From assembly GCA_050251945.1 (NCBI GenBank), contig JBFWLW010000001.1, positions 96,001 to 160,000 of the forward strand: DNA of 64,000 nucleotides, read 5' to 3'. Below the pieces are notes generated by a model. That model was not told where the DNA came from. It saw nothing but the letters and a program-made list of their open reading frames with translations, and did not search any database. Shown in pieces: positions 57,399-64,000 of this stretch. Each line of letters opens with the position of its first letter. The first letter of the stretch is position 1. The DNA is from Deferribacterales bacterium. Its GTDB lineage: Bacteria > Chrysiogenota > Deferribacteres > Deferribacterales > Geovibrionaceae. A program made the translations under genes and the position numbers.

Positions 57399-57510
57399 AT
57401 TAAGCTCCACCAAGATGTTCTTAATATAACATTATTTCGGATAGCACTCATAAAAGCAAATATATTTTTCATTTTTACGAACATACTCTTATAATAGCAC
57501 AGGCGTGTGA

Positions 57511-57539
57511 AAAAAGAAGGCAGACTTTAAAGTCTGCCT
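57511..57539 (-). terminator. Intrinsic terminator
   Basis: AGGCAGACTT-TA-AAGTCTGCCT hairpin followed by a T-rich tract on the minus strand. Confidence 0.8.
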
Positions 57540-57548
57540 GAAAGATTT

Positions 57549-58019
57549 TTATTGCAGATACAATGTTATGTCGCCAGTTATAGGCTCCACGTCGACATGA
57601 CCTATTGGCGTGTCGCGGTTCAGAAAGCCGTCTTCCTGAACAGGGGTGAAGGAATATTCAAGTTTCATTGAATCTAAATCACCTTTCGGCAGCACTATTG
57701 AAAATTCTTTGGCGCTCCTGTTTTTCAGGTTGCCGAGATTTTTGTATGTATAGCTTCCTAACTTCTTAAGCTGTGATTCGTCGAACTGAACACTCAGATT
57801 GCGCATGAACAGGTTTCCGGTGTTTTTGATGCTCATCATGAGGATCCGACCTTCCTGAGCATCTTTTATTTCATAATATACGGTGAGGTAGTCGTCTTTT
57901 GCTGAATTATCATACCTCTCAGCAAGTTCTCTTGCGGGCTGGTATTGAAGGGATGATACGTCCATGCATCCGCTCATAAAGAACAGCGATACTGCCAAAA
58001 CCAAAAAATATTTTTTCAT
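57549..58019 (-). CDS. Putative lipoprotein
   Basis: MKKYFLVLAVSLFFMSGC lipobox; AAGGAG RBS. Confidence 0.75.
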   Translation of the reverse strand: MKKYFLVLAVSLFFMSGCMDVSSLQYQPARELAERYDNSAKDDYLTVYYEIKDAQEGRILMMSIKNTGNLFMRNLSVQFDESQLKKLGSYTYKNLGNLKNRSAKEFSIVLPKGDLDSMKLEYSFTPVQEDGFLNRDTPIGHVDVEPITGDITLYLQ

Positions 58020-58032
58020 TACAGGCTCCTTA

Positions 58033-58446
58033 TCAGCCGGGTCGGTTGATGTAATCCTCGTGCGGATCTCTGTCGTCATCGTCGTCAGCAGGTTTAGGTG
58101 CTGCGGCGGAAGGAAGCTCAGTATATTCGGGTGCTGCCTGTGCGGGCTGAGCAGCGGTTGTCGGCTCTGTCTCTTTGTCAACATATGCAGTTTCCGACAG
58201 TTCACATTCCTTCTTCGCAATTCTCTTATCCATTTCAAGGATGTAAGAATAGTCAGGTTCAAAGGTTTCAGCCTTAAGCTCGCCGTTTTGTATCATCTGC
58301 AAAACCTTATTGCCGATGACCTTAACACGCTCGTCACGTTTCTTTTTCAGGTTTGTGATGTCGATCTTGATACTTCCCGTCTTTGCGAGTTTCTGAATCT
58401 CCTCGACACCTTTTTCAAAAGTCTCTTTCAGCCAGCTACCGGGCAT
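58033..58446 (-). CDS. Hypothetical protein (coiled coil, acidic tail)
   Basis: 137 aa with GGGG-type RBS; in an operon after ubiX. Confidence 0.7.
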   Translation of the reverse strand: MPGSWLKETFEKGVEEIQKLAKTGSIKIDITNLKKKRDERVKVIGNKVLQMIQNGELKAETFEPDYSYILEMDKRIAKKECELSETAYVDKETEPTTAAQPAQAAPEYTELPSAAAPKPADDDDDRDPHEDYINRPG

Positions 58447-58457
58447 GATATCCCCCT

Positions 58458-59048
58458 TTACACGCTTTCGGGCTTTTCGCCCCATCTGTTATATAAGTTA
58501 TGCTCTATTTCTATTATATCAAATATTTTTCCGGTTACGAAAGAGATAAGTTCATCAATTTTCGTCGGATTGTGATAAAAAGCAGGCGCGGCGGGTAAAA
58601 TTACCGCTCCGGCACGGGTGAGAAGCGTCAGGTTCTCAAGATGAATCAGATTCAGAGGCATTTCACGGAACAGAATAACGAGTTTTCTGCGTTCTTTCAT
58701 AGCAACGTCGGCACATCTTTCGATAAGATTTGAGCTGACGCCGCCTGCCGCTCTGCCGACAAATCCCATTGATGCCGGTGCCACAATATATGAATCTACT
58801 TTGAAAGAACCGCTTGAAACAGGGGCGGCAAAGTTTCTGCAGTCGTGTAAAGTTGCATCCGCACTTATATCCGATAAAAACTCTTCTGCGGACTGATAGT
58901 TTTTCTGAAGTTCAAGATTGATATTTATGATTGCATCGGAGGTGATGCAAAGGTGCAGTTCGCATCCGTGCAGTGGCAGTTTTTCTATGAGGTCTTTTGC
59001 GTAAACAGCTCCGCTTGCTCCCGTAACTCCCAGAAAAACACGTTTCAT
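58458..59048 (-). CDS. ubiX: Flavin prenyltransferase
   Basis: GVTGASGAVY, SSGS, APASM, NLIERCADVAMKERR, REMP, PAFY. Confidence 0.95.
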   Translation of the reverse strand: MKRVFLGVTGASGAVYAKDLIEKLPLHGCELHLCITSDAIININLELQKNYQSAEEFLSDISADATLHDCRNFAAPVSSGSFKVDSYIVAPASMGFVGRAAGGVSSNLIERCADVAMKERRKLVILFREMPLNLIHLENLTLLTRAGAVILPAAPAFYHNPTKIDELISFVTGKIFDIIEIEHNLYNRWGEKPESV

Positions 59049-59905
59049 ATCATCCTCTTTACCATTGTGTCTGCAAATGTGAATATGCATATGGTAACGC
59101 TAATGTATGCGTTAAGGTTAAAGAACGCCATACCGAGTTTTGAAAGGTCGGAAGGTTTTATTATCGCATGCTGGTATACCATAAATCCGCCGGAGAGGAG
59201 AATTCCGGAGAGATAGATATAGCCCATGTCAAAATAGTGCCATGTGTAGAAGAAGAGGGCGAACGCGACAATGTGGAACACCCTTGCCAGCATGAGGGAT
59301 TTTGCAAGTCCCAGAAAACGCGGGATGCTGAACAGTCCCTCATTTCTGTCAAATTCGATGTCCTGACATGCGTAAACAATATCAAAGCCGGATACCCAGA
59401 AGAGTACGGCAAGACCGAGCATACTGATGCCGGGGTTTATGTTGCCGGTTACAGCCGCCCACGCGCCGATAGGCGCTATTCCAAGCGCAATGCCCAGAAC
59501 TATATGACATAAGAATGTGAATCGTTTTGTGTATGAATATAGAAGGAAAACGATGAACGGAACGGGAGATAGATAGAAACAGAGCGGGTTGAGCATATAT
59601 GCCGCGAAGAAGTAGAGTGCGAACGACAGCACGACGTAGAGTGATGCTTCGGCAACGGAAATTTTTCCGGCGGGTATGTCGCGTTTCTCCGTTCTGGGGT
59701 TGCGTGCGTCTATTTTTGCGTCGGCTATGCGGTTGAATCCCATGGCACCGCTTCTTGCCCCCAGAACAGCAAGGGCAATAAGTGCAACCGTACGCATGTC
59801 CGGCAGTCCGTTCGCCGCCAGAAACATGCCTGTGAAGGCAAAGGGCAGGGCGAAAAGTGTGTGTTCAACCTTTATCATGCTTAAAAATGTTTTTAACTTT
59901 TCCAC
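59045..59905 (-). CDS. UbiA-family prenyltransferase (MqnP-like)
   Basis: EHTLFALPFA, ARSGAMGFNRIADAKIDARNPRT..R, YSYTKRFT, GFDIVYACQD. Confidence 0.9.
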   Translation of the reverse strand: MEKLKTFLSMIKVEHTLFALPFAFTGMFLAANGLPDMRTVALIALAVLGARSGAMGFNRIADAKIDARNPRTEKRDIPAGKISVAEASLYVVLSFALYFFAAYMLNPLCFYLSPVPFIVFLLYSYTKRFTFLCHIVLGIALGIAPIGAWAAVTGNINPGISMLGLAVLFWVSGFDIVYACQDIEFDRNEGLFSIPRFLGLAKSLMLARVFHIVAFALFFYTWHYFDMGYIYLSGILLSGGFMVYQHAIIKPSDLSKLGMAFFNLNAYISVTICIFTFADTMVKRMI

Positions 59906-59924
59906 GGGTTCACCATAAAATATC

Positions 59925-59982
59925 AGATTGCTTCGGGCATTGCTCTCGCAAAGACGTCTCTGCGAGCGGAGAGAAGCAGTCT
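59925..59982. repeat. CGTC-type REP pair with overlapping GACGTC core
   Basis: AGATTGCTTCGGGC..GCTCTCGCAAAGACGTCTCTGCGAGC...GAAGCAGTCT. Confidence 0.8.
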
Positions 59983-59988
59983 AAGTGT

Positions 59989-60936
59989 TTAAGATAGTAT
60001 TACATCCAGTATCGCCGCTGCGAAATCATCACTGTCGTTGAGGCTTTCCGTGCGGACGATATTCAGTCCGCTCTTTTTATATTCGGGGATATACTGTTCG
60101 TCAAGTTCTATAAGCGTTTCAATATGGTCTGAAACGAATGATATCGGCACAACGATAACGTTGTCAATGCCTTCATCAGCAAGCCTTTTAAGCTCTATGT
60201 CGGTGTAGGGTGAAACCCATTTAACGGGTCCTGTGCGACTCTGGAACGCCAGCCCGTGAGATTTGGGATTGGTTTTTGAAACCAGATACGCCGCCTGTTC
60301 GTTAATGTGGTGAGTGTATTCGTCACCTTTTTTCACAGTGTATTCCGGAAGCGAGTGAGCCGAGAAAAGTATATGACACTCGGACAGCGGCTTACCCAGC
60401 TTTTCGGAGGCTTTAAAAATTCTGTCGATGATGCACTGATTGTACTTTTCGTTCATGTGCCAGAACTTTTTAATGACCATATTTCCGCGTGGCTTAGGAA
60501 GCGGATTAAACCTGTCGAAACAGGCGCCCGTGGTGGTGTATGAATACTGCGGATACATAGTTGTCACGTAGATATTTTCAAACTCTCTGCCCTCAAGCTC
60601 TTTGAGTGAGTCTTTGATATACGGATGGTAATAGCACATTCCGATTGAGCTTGAGAGTTCTCTGCCAGTGATGCGCTGATATTCGGGTTTTATTTTTTCA
60701 AGAAGCTTCTTTAAATGAGGAAGCTGGGGGGATTGCCCGCCCAGCTTCATATATTCGGGAGCTACCTTTACGGAGCGTTTTTTCGCGATTTTTTTGGCTA
60801 TGAAATTCTGTAAAAGCCCGCCCACATGGAAATCTATGATGGTGCGGTCGGAGAAGAGGTTGAAGAGGAACTCCTCTATTCCCTCAATGCTGTCCGGTCC
60901 GCCCATATACATTATGTAGAGCAGGTCTTTTTTCAT
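59989..60936 (-). CDS. hemH: Ferrochelatase
   Basis: MGGP, GGQSP, YPQYS.TT, FSAHSLP, FQSRTGP.KW, PISFVSDHIETL.ELD. Confidence 0.95.
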   Translation of the reverse strand: MKKDLLYIMYMGGPDSIEGIEEFLFNLFSDRTIIDFHVGGLLQNFIAKKIAKKRSVKVAPEYMKLGGQSPQLPHLKKLLEKIKPEYQRITGRELSSSIGMCYYHPYIKDSLKELEGREFENIYVTTMYPQYSYTTTGACFDRFNPLPKPRGNMVIKKFWHMNEKYNQCIIDRIFKASEKLGKPLSECHILFSAHSLPEYTVKKGDEYTHHINEQAAYLVSKTNPKSHGLAFQSRTGPVKWVSPYTDIELKRLADEGIDNVIVVPISFVSDHIETLIELDEQYIPEYKKSGLNIVRTESLNDSDDFAAAILDVILS

Positions 60937-61946
60937 GCCAGTCCTTTAACTATTTTGACAAGGTAGTCAACGTTTTCAACCGGAGTGGGCGGCAGTATGC
61001 CGTGACCAAGGTTGAATATGTGACCTTTCAGTGTTCTGCCTTCTTCAAGTATCTTTTCCGCCTGTTCTTTGATAGCTTCTTTAGAGCCGAACAGAAGCAC
61101 CGGATCGAAATTACCCTGAAGAACGTATTTGCCGTTTCCGAGTTTTGCGTCGGCATCGACAAGCCTTGTTTTCCAGTCAACGCCCATGCCTGCGCAGTTC
61201 AGTTTTCCGATGGTATCGTAGAAGCTGTACGCGTCTTTTGCAAAATAGATGAGCGGAGCGCCTTTGATGTTGTCGGCGATATGCTTAACGTATGGGAATA
61301 CGAATTTTTCATAGTCATAGGGAGAAAGCACGCCTGCCCATGTGTCAAACATCTGAACGACGTGTGCGCCTGCATCAACCTGTGCCTGAAGATATTTAAG
61401 GGTTGAAGATGCCAGTTTTTCCATCAGGACAGCATAGGCTTTGGGTTCTGTATGCATCATTATTTTGATGTGCTCAAAGTTTTTGGAACCTTTGCCCTCG
61501 ACCATGTAACATGCAAGGGTGAAGGGTGCGCCTGAGAAACCGATAAGCGGTACGTCGAGCGCTTTAACGAGCATTTTAACCGTTTCAAGAACGAAAGGAA
61601 CGTCCTTAGCGGGGTCAATCTCGCGAAGTTTATCTGCATCCGCAAGTGTGCGGATCGGGTTTGCAATTACGGGTGCGGGGTCGAAATCCAGCTTGATACC
61701 CATGGGTTCAACCGGAATCAGGATGTCTGAAAAAAGAATGGCATTGTCGAACCCGAAAGCACGTATAGGCTGTAAAGTGACCTCTGTGCAGAGTTCGGGG
61801 GATTTGCAGAGTTCAAGGAAGGTAACTTTGCTGCGTATTTCCCTGTACTCTTTCATGTATCGTCCTGCCTGACGCATGAACCATACGGGCGGTCTGTCCG
61901 TTTTTTCACCGTTGAGTGTTCTGAGTAATAAATCGTTGAAAGCCAT
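60933..61946 (-). CDS. hemE: Uroporphyrinogen decarboxylase
   Basis: PVWFMRQAGRY, AILFSDIL, IGFSGAPFTLACY, QGNFDP, FNLGHGI. Confidence 0.97.
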   Translation of the reverse strand: MAFNDLLLRTLNGEKTDRPPVWFMRQAGRYMKEYREIRSKVTFLELCKSPELCTEVTLQPIRAFGFDNAILFSDILIPVEPMGIKLDFDPAPVIANPIRTLADADKLREIDPAKDVPFVLETVKMLVKALDVPLIGFSGAPFTLACYMVEGKGSKNFEHIKIMMHTEPKAYAVLMEKLASSTLKYLQAQVDAGAHVVQMFDTWAGVLSPYDYEKFVFPYVKHIADNIKGAPLIYFAKDAYSFYDTIGKLNCAGMGVDWKTRLVDADAKLGNGKYVLQGNFDPVLLFGSKEAIKEQAEKILEEGRTLKGHIFNLGHGILPPTPVENVDYLVKIVKGLA

Positions 61947-62121
61947 GTTTTGCTCCGAATTTAAGATTATATATTGATTCCTTAATTCCCGTTCACTGTC
62001 AAGTTCTTTTACATATTTAACCTGTAAAAAGCAAAAGATTCCTATAAATTTAGTATGTTATTCTTGCGTAATCTCACATGCTTTGATATTATCATCTTCC
62101 TAAATCTTCATATAGAGGGAT

Positions 62122-63747
62122 ATGATGGCTAAATTCAAAGTTCTTGTCACCGACCACATTTCACCGGACGGTATAGACATTTTGAGAGCGGAAAGCGACA
62201 TACAGGTTGACATCATGGCGGGCATTAAGAATGCCGAGCTTAAAAAGATCATCGGCGAGTATGACGCGATAATCACAAGAAGCGGTACAACAGTTGACGC
62301 CGACCTTATTGAAAATCCGGGGAAACTGAAGATTATCGGACGCGCAGGCGTCGGACTTGACAACGTTGATATCGAAGCGGCAAGCATGAAAGGCATTATC
62401 GTTATGAACGCCCCAACAGGCAACACACTGGCTGCCTGCGAGCTCACCATGGGGATGATGCTTTCTGTGGTTCGTAAGATACCCACCGCAAACCAGATCA
62501 CAAAATCCGGCGAGTGGGACAGAAAAAGATTCATGGGTATGCAGCTTTATAAAAAGACCCTTGCCATTATCGGTCTTGGACGTATCGGCGGAAACGTTGC
62601 GAAAAGATGCAAGGCTTTCGAGATGAAAGTCGTTGCTTTTGACCCCTATATCAAACAGACAAAAGCGGACGCACTCGGCGTTGAGCTTTGCGAAACACTT
62701 GAACAGGCGATTTCTCAGGCAGACGTTATCACATTCCACACTCCTCTGACCGAAGAGACAAGAAACCTTATCACTTCAAAAGAGATAGCAAAGATGAAAG
62801 ACGGTGTTGTCATAATCAACTGCGCGCGCGGCGGAATCGTGAACGAGCTTGATCTTGTTGAAGCCTGTAAATCAGGGAAGGTGCTTGCGGCGGGACTTGA
62901 CGTATTCGTTAGTGAACCCCCGGTCAATCACCCTTTCTTTGAAGTGGACAATATATATGTTACTCCCCACATCGGAGCCAACACTCACGAAGGTCAGTAC
63001 GGCGTTGCCGTAATCATTGCTGAGCAGGTTAAAAACGCTCTCCACGGACGTTCATACCGCAACGCAGTAAACATTCCCTTTATGAAATCACAACTCCCCG
63101 AAGATATGCAGAAATACTTCGAGCTTATGGAGAGCATGGGACACCTTGCGGCGCAGGTTGTCAAGGGAAGACCCGAATCCATCGAATTCACCATGGTCGG
63201 TCCTAAATTTGAAGAGGACTTCGGCGAAAGGACATTCGATACTCCCTTTAACTTCCAGCCCTTTACCATCGCAGGTCTGAAAGGATTCATGGAGGTTGCC
63301 GTGAAAGAGAACGTCTCTTTCATCAACGCTCCGTATGTTGCCAAAGAGCGCAGCATCGATATACTTGAGACCAAGACCCATTCATATGGTAAATTCAACG
63401 ACCTCGTCGTTATCAAAGTTAAAACCGACAAAGAGGAAAAGACCCTCGGCGGTACGGTATTCAACGACGGAGTGGGAAGAATCCTCACATACGACAACTA
63501 CTACCTCGACCTTATCGGCGAGGGAACATATCTGTATTTCAAAAATATGGACAGACCCGGCATGATAGGCAAACTGGGAACCATTCTCGGCAACAGGAAC
63601 ATCAACATTGCTGATTTTGAACTCTCCAGAGAAGCCGAAGGAACCGCAGTCGGTTTCGTGCGCGTGGATAACAAGATTCCCGCAGACGTTGTTAAAGAGA
63701 TACTTGCCCTCGACGGCATGATGGAAGTCAAAGCCGTTACACTTTAA
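62122..63747 (+). CDS. serA: D-3-phosphoglycerate dehydrogenase (long form with ASB and ACT domains)
   Basis: GRAGVGLDN, GLGRIG, NCARGG, TPHIGA.T.E.Q, DRPGMIG..G.ILG...INIA. Confidence 0.96.
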   Translation: MMAKFKVLVTDHISPDGIDILRAESDIQVDIMAGIKNAELKKIIGEYDAIITRSGTTVDADLIENPGKLKIIGRAGVGLDNVDIEAASMKGIIVMNAPTGNTLAACELTMGMMLSVVRKIPTANQITKSGEWDRKRFMGMQLYKKTLAIIGLGRIGGNVAKRCKAFEMKVVAFDPYIKQTKADALGVELCETLEQAISQADVITFHTPLTEETRNLITSKEIAKMKDGVVIINCARGGIVNELDLVEACKSGKVLAAGLDVFVSEPPVNHPFFEVDNIYVTPHIGANTHEGQYGVAVIIAEQVKNALHGRSYRNAVNIPFMKSQLPEDMQKYFELMESMGHLAAQVVKGRPESIEFTMVGPKFEEDFGERTFDTPFNFQPFTIAGLKGFMEVAVKENVSFINAPYVAKERSIDILETKTHSYGKFNDLVVIKVKTDKEEKTLGGTVFNDGVGRILTYDNYYLDLIGEGTYLYFKNMDRPGMIGKLGTILGNRNINIADFELSREAEGTAVGFVRVDNKIPADVVKEILALDGMMEVKAVTL

Positions 63748-64000
63748 TGATAACACTGAATATCAATACATCGGCCCGCTGTCAGCTTGTGGACATCACC
63801 CGTGATGTGGAAAACAGGCTGGCAGCCCACGGGCTGTCCGACGGCATTATTCTGGTGTTTTCCCCTCACACAACTGCAGCAGTCACTATCAATGAAAACG
63901 CAGATCCAGACGTTCAGACGGATATGAACGCTTTCCTGTCAAAACTTATTCCTGTTTCAAAAGATTTTCGGCATAACGAAGGGAATTCCGACAGCCATAT
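63747..64000 (+). CDS. yjbQ: YjbQ family protein (3' end outside window)
   Basis: Frame reads MITLNINT...VDIT...G....FSPHTTAAVTINENADPDVQ.D...HNEGNSDSH; TAATG overlap with serA. Confidence 0.9.
   Translation, partial: MITLNINTSARCQLVDITRDVENRLAAHGLSDGIILVFSPHTTAAVTINENADPDVQTDMNAFLSKLIPVSKDFRHNEGNSDSH

Noticed and set aside
57549..58262. 237-aa ORF-track call
   Set aside because: The N-terminal extension overlaps the upstream gene in another frame; the start at 58019 with RBS and lipoprotein signal is far more plausible.

Overview
Bacterial chromosomal window, mostly core metabolism of an anaerobe. The gene set and order suggest a Deferribacterales-like organism (inference, no search run). 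It contains a sigma54-type glnB-glnA operon, an Mce/Mla-like operon, pyruvate:ferredoxin oxidoreductase, a split three-gene glutamate synthase, a ttuB-ttuA-trmI tRNA modification operon, an EF-G paralogue, ihfA-merR, an MrfA/MrfB-like helicase-nuclease fusion, phoU-phoB-phoR-Na/Pi transporter with Pho boxes, leuS-lptE-holA, birA-coaX-rodZ, iscS-iscU-nfu, ubiX/ubiA, hemE/hemH and serA. I found no rRNA, tRNA, CRISPR array, integrase or transposase. Four things stand out. (1) A non-autonomous element with 15-bp terminal inverted repeats is inserted into terminator hairpins, duplicates them, and always carries a pair of CGTC-type REP palindromes (3 copies). (2) An orphan phage-type lysozyme plus an unannotated 59-aa ORF lie between two of these elements. 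(3) Several intact genes encode apparent pseudo-enzymes: an IscS lacking the PLP lysine, an acetyl-CoA synthetase lacking its catalytic Lys and P-loop glycine, an MlaF-like protein lacking Walker motifs, and an Asd-like remnant. (4) A divergent pair of paralogous giant prepilins, one with an L-type lectin-like tip, is linked to a truncated flagellin-like gene.
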